A DNA stretch of 64,000 nucleotides from Octopus vulgaris. Its lineage: Eukaryota. How positions within the stretch are numbered: position 1 is the first letter of the stretch; the number at the start of each line of letters is the position of its first letter. The notes below the pieces were generated by a model. That model did not search any database, was not told where the DNA came from, and saw nothing but the letters and a program-made list of their open reading frames with translations. The stretch covers positions 124,434,001-124,498,000 of the forward strand of contig OX597817.1 in assembly GCA_951406725.2 (NCBI GenBank). The letters run 5' to 3'. This document shows, in pieces, positions 38,938-52,625 of the stretch. The position numbers and the translations under genes are program-made.

Positions 38938-39095
38938 AATTCTAATTTTCTGAATGGACACAGTGACACAAATTTTTAATATGAGCACAAAGACATAAAT
39001 TTCTAATTAGGATGCAGCTATGTAAATTTCTGTTATACAACCAGAGCCATAAATTCTTAATATGAACATCAAAGCACAAATTTCTAAGATGGTTA
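38938..39095 (+). repeat. Cryptic 27-bp tandem repeat, 6 units
   Basis: aaattt-like core at 38943, 38970, 38997, 39024, 39051 and 39078. Confidence 0.72.
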
Positions 39096-39143
39096 TTGTA
39101 ACCATATTACACATTTTATGAATATGTAAAATGTGGTGTTGAA

Positions 39144-39488
<345 letters not shown>

Positions 39489-39774
39489 ACTCCTGGATTG
39501 CTAAATTAGTGTATTTATTTTCATTTTTGAAAATTTCTTTCACATTACTCAAATCCTGCAAACATGCTAACCTGTTGCATATTTTTTAATGAACATTCAC
39601 TTACACACACACACACACATACACATTCTAATTCTTCAATTATATGCAGATGGCTTGCCCAAATGGATTGACTTTAATGCAGTTTTGACTCTGTTTTTCC
39701 TTTCCATCATTTACCTGAAATTCTATTGAGGATGCAGAGACAAAAAAAAAACAATATATATATATATATATGTA

Positions 39775-40168
39775 CATGAGCAAAACGTCCCCTGTCCAAT
39801 GACTGTACTGAGTTGTCAAACATTTAAACCAAATTTTCTTTTTTAGTGTCTTAAATATATTGCATTTTGTGGCATTATTTCAAGCCAGCTGGCTTTGTTT
39901 GTGCAAACTGCACATGCATTTTTCTCACGTACACGTAGTATCGATCGTAACAGCTGATGTATTTGCACGTACAAATGCACGTTCCCACGGCTTTATCGAT
40001 CGCATTCTCACCTGGAATCGATTTTTGTAATTTTTCAAAACTTATACATGCTCTGATACCGTCAGTATCTACATATCAAATTTGAGCACAATCGGATGGA
40101 GGATGCCTGAGATCCGAGAAGACACACACAGAGACAGACAGAACGGATTTTATATAATATATATATAT
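39775..40168 (+). mobile_element. Possible non-autonomous Helitron/Helentron-like element end
   Basis: CpG-rich block ending caaatttgagcacaatcggatg...acagagacagacagaacggattttatata, a layout recalled from invertebrate non-autonomous Helitron-like repeats. Single copy here. Confidence 0.45.
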
Positions 40169-40464
40169 GGAATGCATGAGGAAGGGAAGATTGACATAGC
40201 AGCTTTGTATATTGAAAACATAGAATAGTGAATTTGGTTTAGTATTTCTTAGGAATTAATCTACTTTACTATAAAGTTGTTTTTCTAATTGACACATACA
40301 TATCTAACAACAGCATTAGTACCAAAAAGCAAGAACTGGGAACAAACCAACTAATAAAAATAACTATTTTTAATAGAGTCACAAGGCAAGAAATTTGGGG
40401 GATGATTTAGTTAACTTAACTGGTCTTAGTTACTCCTGTACAATTAACTTGTACTTTGGTCAAC

Positions 40465-40790
40465 AATATGTCTCCAATAATCCTGGTTTTGAGTATAATT
40501 GCCTGCATCTTCCTGGAGATGTTTCAGATCTTTGAAGGTGGTGCACCATATCTTCTTGGATTTACCTTTCTCTCTTAATCCTTCTGGTTGCATCGATTGT
40601 ATAGTTGTCATAGGTATTCATTCTTCTGGTAGTTGGAAAACATGTCCTTCGAATTTCACTGTTCTATCCACCACAGTTTCCCATAGACTGCACAGATTGG
40701 CACTTCTCAGGACTTCAGAATTCGTGATTTTATTCCTGTCAGTGATCTTGAATATTCTGTGTAGACACTAATTTGTGGAATGCATGGAAT
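40465..40790 (-). pseudogene. RTE-clade LINE C-terminal fragment inserted in a degenerate SINE B
   Basis: Manual translation AFH..CLHRIFKITDRNKITNSEVLR...VKFEGHV...PEGLREKGKSKKIWCTTFKDL. Confidence 0.75.
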
Positions 40791-41229
40791 CTCTAGTACT
40801 TTATTTTACTGACCTCAGGATTTCAACTCAGAATGCAAACATTTAAAGAATTATGAGAAGGTAATTTGTTTGATGATCTAATGATTCTACCAAGATTACA
40901 TTTTTGAAGTTCCACAATCTATTTACAATTTGTTCTCAATCTAAACGATAAACTATTTGCTCATATTACATTTAGAGTTTCCCTTAGTGAATGTTCACCA
41001 TGCATATGCACTTGTAAGTAAAAGCTGAGCAAGATTTTTATTGGAAGACTAGCATGCATGCCCAAGTATGCAAATTTCTCCTCTCCATGCTATTTATGTT
41101 TAACCATAAAGGTTGCCAACTTGGACAGATATAGTTTGGCTCTGGTGTCATCACAAGAATTGTTGTCAGAATGTACAGAATTAGGACAGACACTGGATGA
41201 CATGTTGCTCTCCATCTTCTCACAGTTCT

Positions 41230-41695
41230 GTTAATCCATTGCTCAGGACTGGTACCTTTTTACCGACCATGGAAGGATGGAAGGTACATTTGACCTCAGT
41301 AGGTTTTGAACTCAAAGCACAGTGAGACATTCTAACCAATAGTATAATTACCCTGAATACTGGAGATAAATTATTGTTAATATGATCATAATTTGTTTCG
41401 CATTCTGCCGAGGTCAACATTGCCTTTCATCCTTTTGGGGTGGATAAAATAAATACCAATTGAACACTGGGATCAGTGTAATCAACTCACCCCAACCCCT
41501 GAATTTTCTGGTCTTGTGCAAAAATTTGAAGCCAATTTGATGATAATTTGCTTTAAATGTCACAAAGGTTGACTTGCCTTTCATCCTTTCAGGGTCTTTA
41601 AAATAAGCACCAGTTGAGTACTGGGATCAATATAATCAACTTACCCCTTCTGCCAAAAAAATTGTGGCTTTGTTCCAAAATCTGAAACCGTTATG
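41230..41695. mobile_element. Cluster of three partial SINE B copies (41230-41330 minus; 41395-41535 and 41565-41695 plus)
   Basis: ttgcctttcatcctttt/c motif and tail type 2. Confidence 0.78.
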
Positions 41696-41824
41696 ATAAT
41701 AATTTGTTAGTCTATTAACCTCTTCTTTGAAGCCGGATAACGAATAGTTTTATTAATATTTACATCTGTCCTTAAGTAATATCCTAATTTAGTAATGCAT
41801 TTTGTGTTACTCTTGGTGTAACCT

Positions 41825-42060
41825 GTGTGTGGTCACTCAAACTACAAGAAATAGCAGCCAAAACTTCCTCCAATCTCACATAACCATCCTGGAAATAGAG
41901 GAGTCCACTTGTGAGATATAACTTTAGATAAACAATATTTAAAAACCAGACAGCATGGGTATAATTAGAATGTCCTTGATCATAGGTTTACTGCTCAGTC
42001 AAGGCTGACCTGAGATTAGAAAACAATAAAAACAACAACTACAACAAAAACAACTAAAAT
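41825..42060 (+). mobile_element. Repeat family F
   Basis: agaaatagcagccaaa...ccttgatcatagg...gctgacctgag...(AAC)n. Confidence 0.65.
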
Positions 42061-43151
42061 AACCCCACAATAATAACAACCAGATGATAAACAAATACAC
42101 CAATGATAGAACTGAAAGTTTAGCTACTTATAGTGGATTGATCTGGTTTTCTTCTGCCACATCAAAATCTAATTTCTTGTCTAAGCAATCTTGAACTGGA
42201 CAGTACATATTATATTTATCTGACCTTTAAACAGCATTTTCATTCACATACATTTGTTGTATATCCAAATGTGCTTATAATTATAAATAAATAACAGCAT
42301 AATTTTTGCATAAGAACTCAAGAAATCTATCATGTTATCATGGGTGATCTTTATCAGTCAACATTCAGCAGTCGATAAACGAATACATATTTAACAATAT
42401 TCATGAATGTATGTGTAAAATACACAATATTATATGCCTCGTATACTCACATACATAATACACACAGGAGTTGTATAGACATATTTTCATACATGTCAAA
42501 ATATCTTTTGTAACTTATATGATGTGCTTTAGCATGTAAGTCTGGCTTCTATAAATTTACATTTTTGTGAATTACTGTCTTCGTGGTACTCCCCATATAT
42601 TCATACTATCAGTTTTGACATTTTTTTGACTTCTGTCAGTATCTAATTTCATAATCTTAGCCAGCTTCAAAATTTCCCCAGTCAATCACCTGTTTCTTAT
42701 TGCTGTTGTTGCTGTTGTTGTTGTTGCCTTTTTTTTACTTCTTTTTTTTTGCTTTTTTGTTTCTTTCTGCAATTTTCATTTTCTATTTATTTTTGTTGTT
42801 GTTTTGATTCTATTTTACTGAATGATATTTTTCATCTTCACAATAACATATCTTTTGACATTTTATTTATTTGCTCTTGTGTTTTCTCTCTGATATCTCT
42901 CACTTCAGTTTATATTTCCTTCAAAACTTTTTCTTCATTTCCGTCATATTATAAGTGGTATATTTTTACCATCCAATATTCAAATGCTATCAGAAATGAA
43001 GTTAAGGTTACTGCAACATAATGAATGGCTCTCTCTCTCTCTCTCTCTCTCTAGTCATAAAGCCAGTCCATAATGTTTATTTCTACACACACACACATAC
43101 ACATACATAGGAAAAGAGAGAGAGACTGGCTATATCATATTAATATTTATA

Positions 43152-43659
43152 CACAGTTGAAAGGCAAGATACTGCAGTTTTTATCCAAGATAAAATCTAA
43201 TATAAATGTGCTGTGTTAAAAAACACAATATATATAAACAGAAGCAGATGAAAAATTGTTTTGACTGTGGCTAATGAGAATGCCTGTTGCATTTTGGCCT
43301 TTTTGGGCCTTGCCAATGACATATACTTACAACTATATTCGTAGATGAAATCTGCTGCCCACAATGTAGGAAATAGTGAATAATGCATTCACTGACATTA
43401 CGAATAGCCATTAGGCTGCATAGAATTCCAGCATACTCAATTGAAGTAGTACTGTGTGTGTATTTAATTTGCTTTATCAGAGATAATAAATTTCATCTAA
43501 GCATATGTTATTGATGAAATGCCAGGAGGCTAAATTGCATCTGGTTAGCTGTTACTGCAGCAATTTTCTCTCCTTCTAGCATATACATTGTGTTTTTAAC
43601 ACAGCATGTCTTTAAGAGATTTTACCTCAGACAAAACTAGTCACTTGCTGTCAATAGTG
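43152..43659. mobile_element. TA-flanked foldback/MITE with diverged arms of about 140 bp
   Basis: Left cacagttgaaaggcaag...gctgtgttaaaaaacacaat vs right reverse complement cactattgacagcaag...gctgtgttaaaaacacaat; TA on both sides. Confidence 0.72.
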
Positions 43660-43704
43660 TATGTATTTATATATATTTATATATATCCTCCTCCTCCTCC
43701 TCCT

Positions 43705-43885
43705 CATCATCATCATCATTATCAGCATCGCTTAACATCCGCCTTTCATGCTGGCATTAGCTGGATGGTTTGACAGGCAAGTCTGGTGCAGGCAAGTGGG
43801 AGCCTGCCCCAGACTTTTGTGTCTGCTTTGGCAGGGCTCTTATGACTGGATTCCCTTATCAACACCAACCACCCACCAGAGTGAG
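43705..43885 (-). mobile_element. Repeat family C 3' fragment, diverged
   Basis: (CAT)n cgcttaacatccgcctttcatgctggc. Confidence 0.7.
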
Positions 43886-44739
43886 TAAGTATGATACAGA
43901 GATAGGTATTTTACACACACACACACAAATACATATATACATATAAACAAATGATTTTCACATCAATTTGTAAGGAGGCTATTTTTGATCCTAGGCAAGG
44001 CCAACATTTGAACATTCCACTTCATGGAAAAACAAAACAAGAAAAAAAGAAAAATTGTCAATCTGGACTTTTACCTACAAATTTGTGTGCAAAATGGAAA
44101 CCACAAAGTTTAAGCTGCTAAATATATTTTGTATTTCAAGAATAAGGTTTTATTGATAGAAGGGTAAACATTTTCCCATATTTATCACCCTAGTAGTCAA
44201 GAGTAAAGGAGAAAGAAATTTAATGCCAAGTCTGATGTATTTGTTCGTTCAATCTATTGACTTAGGAATAATATAAATGCTATTTTATCTGTGTTTGAAA
44301 GTATTGTTATTTCTTATCTAGCTTCAGACTTTGAATATTTTTTTCAAACACAAAAGAAAATATTTTGGCACGTAAATAATTTTGAACTTAAGGACACTTG
44401 GCAGAATGAATACTCCTGCCAAGGGAAACACAGCATTAAAGCCTTTTGCTTCATACAGTTTTAAAACTCTATATATTTGAAGGTTACTTGGTTTAGCCTA
44501 TGCATCATGTCATACTATTCTCCTTCATCGCAGATAGAGAAATGAATAAGAAACAGAGTTAAAGAGTATAATCTACTTGTCAGAGGTATCAACCTTGTGA
44601 ATTGTGTTGTTAAATGTGAAACTCATACAAAATATAATTATCAGACACATCAAAATTTCAATTTGCCTTCTCTTTTGTGAATTCAATCTAAGGAGTGCCT
44701 TTGATATGTTCAGTTGATTTACTTGCTTAATCAAATAAT

Positions 44740-45167
44740 CCTTTCTACTATAGGCACAGGGCCTGAAATGTTAGGGGAGGGTACTAGTTCATTACATCGA
44801 CCCAGTGTTTCACTGGTACTTAATTTATCAACCCTAAAAGAATATAAGGCAAAGTTGACCTCGGTGGAATTTGAACTCAGAATGTAAGGATGGACGAAAT
44901 ACTGCTAAGCATTTTGCCTGGCATGCTAATGATTCCTATTTCTTTATTGCCCACAATGGGCTAAACATAGAGGGGACAAACAAGGACAGACAAAGGGATT
45001 AAGTCGATTACATTGACTCCAGTGCATAACCAGTACTTAATTTATCGACCCCGAAAGGATGAAAGGTAAAGTGGACCTCGGTGGAATTTGAACTCAGAAT
45101 GTAAGGATGGACGAAATACTGCTTAGCATTTTGCCTGGCATGCTAATGATTCTGCCAGCTTGTCACC
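44740..45167 (-). mobile_element. Composite SINE B (two tails) within one 18-bp TSD
   Basis: cttgcttaatcaaataat at 44722-44739 and 45168-45185. Confidence 0.88.
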
Positions 45168-45484
45168 CTTGCTTAATCAAATAATGAGAAACAACATTCA
45201 TCCCTTGCCATTGACACTAGCAGAATGACAAAGACCCTCATATCAACAGAAACATTAGTAACGTGTCTACTTACTCTGCAGTCTCAGTGTCATCTGTTGA
45301 AGGTTTTTAAAAAACTCTCTTCGTACTTTCAGTCTGTTAAGTAGACTTATTCTCTTAAACTTGAATCAGCATTTTTTATTTTGTTGTAGCTTTGGTTTGA
45401 GAAAAAAAGGTTGTACCTTGTAATGAAAGAAACAACTAACCAACTAGCCAACAATCTGTCCATCCATCCATCCATCTTCTTATA

Positions 45485-45712
45485 TATTTCTTTATTGCCC
45501 ACAAGGGGCTAAACATAGAGGGGACAAACAAGGATAGACAAAGGTATTAAGTCGATTACATCGACCCCAGTGTGAAACTAGTACTTTATTTATCGACCCC
45601 GAAAGGATGAAAGCCAAAGTCAACCTCGGCAGAATTTGAATTCAGAACGTAATGACAGACGAAATATCACTAAGCCTGGCGTGCTAATGTGTCTACCAGC
45701 TCACCGCCTTCC
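45485..45712 (-). mobile_element. Full-length SINE family B (tail type 1)
   Basis: Reverse complement of 12797-13031. Confidence 0.9.
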
Positions 45713-46387
45713 TTTGCCTTTCATATAGCATTTATCATCATATCATTGACTACACAAAATACAAATTAGTAATCCCATTTGCTCAAGTTTCTAAAAAGAA
45801 TTTCTGTCATTTAAACTCTTTTAGTCTCACTTAACAGAATGCAACAATAGAAAATACAATCATTGTTATTTTACACATTATGGTTAACATAAGGAATGCA
45901 GTCAGCAATAATTGAATTATATTCAGCTGAATTTCTATGTCTTCAAATTTGTTATTTTATATTTCCAACTAGAAGCTGCATAAGATTATTTGGGATATAT
46001 TTTCCTATATAGTAAGCCATGCCATTTAGCTCTGTACAAATGTATATCCATGTTATAGTATTAAAAACAGGTAAATATTCTATGAGCTGTAAACAATTTT
46101 CCATTGTCAGCATTGTATAATTCATCATTTGTATATGATGAAGGACAGGTTTAGCATGAAAGGCATCGTGTATTGCAAGATTTGTTACCAATTCTTCTTG
46201 CCTAGTTGTTGTTTTTGCTGAAATATATTTGCTGAAACAGAAATATATGTGGTTACTCTGATTAGTAGTAAATTAAGTTTAACATTATTGTTAATACTGA
46301 AAATAATAACGTGATTATGAACTAACAACGATATAAACTTGTCATTTTGGTGGGTTTCTTTTCATTCTTAAAAAGATAATTCATATA

Positions 46388-46796
46388 GGCGCAGGAGTGG
46401 CTGTGTGGTAAGTAGCTTGCTAACCAACCACATGGTTCTGGGTTCAGTCCCACTGCGTGGCACCTTGGGCAAGTGTCTTCTGCGATAGCCCCGGGCCGAC
46501 CAATGCCTTGTGAGTGGATTTGGTAGACGGAAACTGAAAGAAGCCTGTCGTATATACGTATATGTATATATATGTGTGTATGTTTGTGTGTCTGTGTTTG
46601 TCCCCCTAGCATTGCTTGACAACCGATGCTGGTGTGTTTACGTCCCCGTCACTTAGCGGTTCGTCAAAAAGAGACCGATAGAATAAGTACTGGGCTTACA
46701 AAGAATAAGTCCCGGGGTCGATTTGCTCAACTAAAAGGCGGTGCTCCAGCATGGCCACAGTCAAATGACTGAAACAAGTAAAAGAGTAAAAGAGTA
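46388..46796 (+). mobile_element. Full-length SINE family A, CpG-rich (young)
   Basis: ggcgcaggagtggctgtgtggtaag...gggttcagtcccac...aaaagagtaaaagagta. Confidence 0.93.
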
Positions 46797-48444
46797 TAAG
46801 ACTATGAGGTTTGAAAGTCAATACTGTACCCTTTCTGAAGCCTGTATCCAAGGTGGAAGCCTTATTAGTAACACTGAGTTTGGGTATATGTTTAACACAC
46901 TAAATCATATTCCTGCTAGTTTTTTAAACTTCTTAAATTGTTTTTCTTTGTATTTTCTTCTATTTTTTGCAGTTTCTCAAATGCAATTCCTCAAATGACA
47001 ATTTGTCAATGTCAAAAACTTTTTATATTTTATGAAATCAGTGTTAAAGAATATTGGTATTATTTTCAGCTATTTTATAATTTGATAAAATCTATGATAC
47101 CTGTCTTGAATGTAAAATTCAGATGCTTGCAAATTGATCTCCTCAAATATGCTTCTTTTTGTTTTTGTTTTTTTGTTTTTTCTAGTTTACAATGAGGTCA
47201 GTTTCTACTGTTAACAAATGTTTTCTGAAATTTAATTTTTCCTCCTTCTTCTCATTCACATTTAGAGTAGCTATTTCTTTCCCTTAATTTCAGTTCATAT
47301 TTGGCCAAAGAATCCTTATTTAAATGTATCAGAAAAAATATCTCTCAAAATGACAAAGAATTTAAATTTGTACCATGAATTAGAATATCTATGAATAGTT
47401 TTCAGAATAGCTTATTTTATTGATAAGGAAATGCTGTTATATTTTCTTTGCAACTTTAACAGAATGTTGCATTTATTCAAAATCATAACTTTACATAACA
47501 AAAATACAGAAAATTCTCTTATAAGATGTAAAAACTGTGCTGTTGAAATACTATAACTCCAACCGAACATGCACAAACACATGTACTTACACATACTAAA
47601 GATAGGATTCTGACTTCAGTTTAAATTTTGGTAAGAGGATTGAAACACAATGGAAATTCTAAAAGGATCTTATTGAATTGCTTGAGTAAAACTTGCAACA
47701 AGCACTCACAAGCATACAGGAAAAAACAGGCACAATCCATGCATTTATATGAAATTACAAGTAATCGGAATTTTTCACAAACTAAATTATCTAGTGTTGG
47801 CATTATCTCGTGTTGAAATAAATGTAAAAGACATAATTACCGGCACCATGCGATAAACTCTGTCCTTCTGAACAAGGCTTCCTTCTCAGTAAAATTGATT
47901 TTAATATTCTGAATAACATGGTATAACTGATAACGATATCATCTTGTATATCTGGTAAATTTTGTTAACCAGTTCAAATTATGTTCATGGATTAAATTTA
48001 TGAAATGACAAACTAGTCACTATTTGTTTCTGACCAGTTACACTGAAAATACTTATTAAATTGGCAGAGGAACTGTTTTATCAATCAACAGTCATTCTAA
48101 AAATATGCCAGTACATCCCATTCATGTATCACTTGTTTTAATTCTCTCATTTTTAGATATTAAAAAATAAACAAAGCCTGCACACTTCCATAGACAGAGA
48201 AAAAGACAAGGATGATACCATCACACTTACACATCTCCATTCACCACTATCCATGCTAAAGATAATAATGCTGATTATAATTATAGATATGATAGTAATC
48301 ACACATTTTAATATATTTCAATAAAATATAGTTAAGATTGCACAGACATGTTAACATCCAGTTTCATGTATATGCTTTAGGTATGCTCAACTAGGAGACA
48401 CACACACAGACACACACATACACATATAAAATACACAAACATAT

Positions 48445-48762
<318 letters not shown>

Positions 48763-49814
48763 CATTCATCTAAAATATTTTACCCATTGTTTTGTTCAGT
48801 TCATATAAAATATTGTTAGATAAACATCAAATTTACATTACATAGTGAAAATATGTTTATTTTTGTACATTTTCCTTAAATTTTTCTTTCACAGTCGTTA
48901 TATTCTGTCTCTCCTTGAACCGGAATGAAATAATCTATCCGATGATATGATAATGTTTTACAGAATTTAGTGGAGGGCTAAGTTTATGTGATATGGTTAA
49001 TGTTTTCCTGAATTAGAAAATGCTATTATGCTAAAGAAACCAATATTACAATGAAAGTACTTTTGCTACAAAAAAGACTTAAGTAGTAGTATTAGTCATA
49101 TATAGGCCTTGTCATCTTACTGCTGCTACTACTACTTCAAGTAGTAGTAGTTGTAGTAGCAGCAGTAAAATATAATATAACTTATCACTACTAAAATCTT
49201 TTAAACTTTTGTTATATATACATGTATATATATGCGTATATATATATATATATATGTATACACATGTTTCATAATGTTATATATATGTGTGTGTGTGTAT
49301 ATATATACATATACAAACATACATATGCATACATATACACAAGCACTGACACATGCACACACACAAACACACAGACACACACATGCACAAACACACACAT
49401 ATGTATTGGTCCATTCTCTATAGTCACATATTTACAATATTTCAACGTTTATACAAATCTTTACCATTAACACTTTATTGTCAAATTCAAAATAATGTTC
49501 AGAAGAAAAAAAATCCATACAGAAGTAACTGAAATATTTAAATATATAGATATATTTCATTCATATAAGAATTTATGGTACATGTAAATTCTGACAAAAT
49601 AATTCAAGATTATTTCACAATTTTAGCATGTAATTTAAAACAAAACCAAACTTTGTAACCAACACATTTCATAGTAAATTGGATTTTGAAAAAGATGGTC
49701 AGAAAATATACAGCATATATAAAATAGTTTTCTTCAAACTTCTAAATTGCTATTCTGTTTTTATTTTTTATTTATGTATGGTGTCATTTTGTTTTTATAA
49801 AAGCATATGTACAT

Positions 49815-49816
<2 letters not shown>

Positions 49817-49846
<30 letters not shown>

Positions 49847-49862
49847 TGTATGTATGTATGTA

Positions 49863-49895
<33 letters not shown>

Positions 49896-49965
49896 ATGTA
49901 TGTATGTATGTATGTATGTATGTATGTATGTATGTATGTATGTATGTATGTATGTATGTATGTAT
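49817..49965. repeat. (TATG)n microsatellite
   Basis: Directly visible. Confidence 0.97.
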
Positions 49966-50052
49966 AGTACAGTTCTGTGATGCTACACTGTATATTTTCT
50001 CTTTTTTGTCTCCTATCCTATCATTCTGCTTTAACTTGTTATCCATGTTGGC

Positions 50053-50311
50053 ATAGCCTGAAGATTATGTGAAAGCACCAGACATGTTAATAATGCTGTC
50101 TGAGATGTTTTCATCGCATGAAACTCATGAAAATATATATCGAGGTTATTAAATAATATATGTGTACATATATATATAAACAATAATGTATCTATATATA
50201 TTATTTTATTCTTGTATTCTTTTGCTGTATATCATTAAACTATGAATTAATTAGTTGTAAGTCACTTCTGAATATGTTGTTATATGATAACCACAAAAGT
50301 ACCGCTGCTTC
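50053..50311 (+). mobile_element. Pseudo-LTR-like fragment with a defective hammerhead; 50222-50311 recurs inverted at 52371-52460
   Basis: atagc CTGAAGA [tgaaagca/tgttttca, cagaca/tgtctg] GAAA ctc...gag gttat. The UH cleavage dinucleotide is missing. Confidence 0.6.
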
Positions 50312-50492
50312 AGTTATTTGACTGCAACCACGCTGGAGCACTGCCTTTTAGTTAAAGAAATCGACCCAAAGACTTACACTTTGTAAGCCTAGTACTTTTT
50401 TGATCGGTCTCTTTGACTGAACCACTAAGTTATAGAGACGTAAATGCACCAACATGTAATGGTTGTGGGGGGTGACAAACATAGACAGAGAC
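50308..50492 (-). mobile_element. SINE family A 3' half
   Basis: Matches the family A tail. Confidence 0.8.
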
Positions 50493-50593
50493 ACGCTTAT
50501 GACACTGGCAATGGCCACAACGACAATTTGACTTGGCTTGATGAAAGAACACAAGTGGAGTTGAAGAATTCTTGACAGCTGTATCAGCAGCCA

Positions 50594-50751
50594 TTTTTAT
50601 TGATTAATACTTTGATTACTTGGATTACATCATGCCAGGTTGACTCGAATTCCTTACATACCTATATGATTTTTTTTTTTTAAATCATTTGATGAGGGCA
50701 AAGTTTTTGGTCTGATGCAATCGATGTAATCAAAGTATTCATCAGTAAAAA
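50594..50751. repeat. About 44-bp imperfect inverted repeat
   Basis: 50594-50637 vs reverse complement of 50708-50751. Confidence 0.78.
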
Positions 50752-51134
50752 CTTCTGAAATGGTGATAACTCTATTTGTCTTCTTTTATACAAATGCCAT
50801 TCCTGGAACAATCCTAAGGCTGGATCTACAACAAACATTGGATAAGGTACTTATGTATGTATATATTTATATATATAGACATGCTCACACACATATATAG
50901 ACGTATGTGTATGTGTGTGTGTTTGTGTGTATGTGTGGTGTGTGTATCTGTGCGTTAGGCTGTATATACATATATGTGTATGTATATATGTTTGTCTGGA
51001 TATATTCATATAATCAAAGTTCACTAACCAACTGTTCTTGGCATCATGCATGTTGAAATACCTAGAATCTAATGAATTCTACAATTGAATGATACATGTA
51101 TGTGTGCATGTGTGCGTGTGTGTGTGTGTGTGAG

Positions 51135-51165
<31 letters not shown>

Positions 51166-51327
51166 TGCACATTAGGGTAAAGTGCCTTTTCATGATTTCT
51201 GATTTTGTGACGGGAGTAGTGCAGAAAACTTGTGAATGGACATCAAAATAACTGGTATAAAATTTTAGAACTCTGCGACAATATCCACTGTCTCTACAAA
51301 CCCATTGTAGAATGGAAATAGGAGGGG

Positions 51328-51713
51328 AAAAATGCCTCTACTTATCTATTAGCAATAAAATACAGTTTGCATTGCATCTTCAGGTACCTTTCAAATTACT
51401 GCAGTGAAATTACTTTAAAATATAACTTCAACATGTTTTTCCTGTGTCTTTATCTTTGGCCTCTACAAGGAGAGAGACAGGGGTGTACAGTAATTTACAT
51501 CTACATGAAACATTTTCTGAATTTGTTAAACTACAATATTTACGATATTTTTTGTATATTTTGAGGCGTTTGTGGAGGCAGAAGATAAAGTCACAGAAAA
51601 GGTCATGTTGACGTCATATGTTAGAGTAATTACATCACAGTCATTTAAAAGCTACCCAAAGAAGATGCAATGAAAACAATATGTCATAGCTAATAAATAA
51701 GTAGAAGCATTTT
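51328..51713. repeat. Diverged inverted repeat of about 140 bp (foldback, likely DNA-transposon derived)
   Basis: 51328-51469 aligns with the reverse complement of 51569-51713 (aaaatgcYtctacttatYtattagc...cattgcatcttc...tcaacatg...ctttatctt). Confidence 0.78.
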
Positions 51714-51739
51714 ATATTCTACTTATTCCATTTTTTGAT

Positions 51740-52220
51740 ACATTAGATCATCTTGTAGGAGTGGGCCATGAGATCCTCTTTCAGCTGCTGATACACCAAT
51801 GTTTGGCTTATTTATACCATGGCAGCCAGTTTTCTGATGGAGTGACAAGTATTTCACTGTATCATTTCTTGGTGCTTTTGATAAGCTGAGGGGGGCTGCA
51901 CACTCCCTTTTCAGCCATGTCCAGGTCAATTGGTGGTGAAACAAGTCTCTTGGGACTTCTTGACAATTTCTGAGACTGTTGTTTGGTTGATTTTAGGCAT
52001 TTTTGCCAAAGCTGTATTACTTTTGCCTACTTTGTGGAGGATTATCATTGTATTTCGGTCTATAGCCATTATCTAATTTATAAATATGAATTTATTTAGT
52101 CTGAAACAAAAAGAAGACACACCAAGCATTTATAATGATGTACAATTTTCGTATCTTATCACATTTATTGATAGTTATTAAAGCCTGAAACTTCTGTTGC
52201 CTTAATTTTGGGACATCCTG
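51740..52220 (-). mobile_element. Tc1/mariner-superfamily (maT-like) left end with N-terminal HTH remnant
   Basis: TA then caggatgtcccaaaattaaggcaac. Translation MAIDRNTMIILHKVGKSNTALAKMPKINQTTVSEIVKKSQET...PGHG.K.SV..PQLIK. Confidence 0.7.
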
Positions 52221-52625
52221 TATAATCAAATAAAGATCGAGTAGGGAAATAGAAATAGAGAATTTTATTAACGAGTGGAGTGGGGTCTACGTTTTATAGA
52301 GTTAACCTGTAGGATTTTTCGGGCACTAAGGTTTATAGCTAATAGTTTAACAATTAATATATTATTGGACGGAAGGGCGGTACTTATGTGGACATCATAT
52401 AACAACATATTGGGAAGTGACTTACAACTAATTAGTTCATAGGTTAATGATATACACCAATTATACTTATTAGTGTAATATTTATTATATAGGTGTAAAT
52501 GAAATCTCTTTAACCAATGAGTTAATGTTATGATACAATATCTACACATGTACAACATATCCTTCCTACACAATATTAAAAATTAACCTGTTAGCTTTAA
52601 CCTAAGTGCACTATTAATATTACTA

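Noticed and set aside
43330-43451. Minus-strand exon candidate (TTSIEYAGILCSLMAIRNVSEC...) with a GTAAGT donor
   Set aside because: It sits in the middle of a TA-flanked foldback element and has no pyrimidine-rich acceptor.
46388-46460. tRNA gene
   Set aside because: A/B boxes are present, but there is no complete cloverleaf and the sequence continues into the SINE body.
46322-46622. Recurrent peptide [34 protein letters not shown] suggesting a gene family
   Set aside because: It is the antisense translation of the SINE A head.
52280-52325. Minus-strand hammerhead-like string ccgaaaa...taaaacgta
   Set aside because: Too many core mismatches to support.
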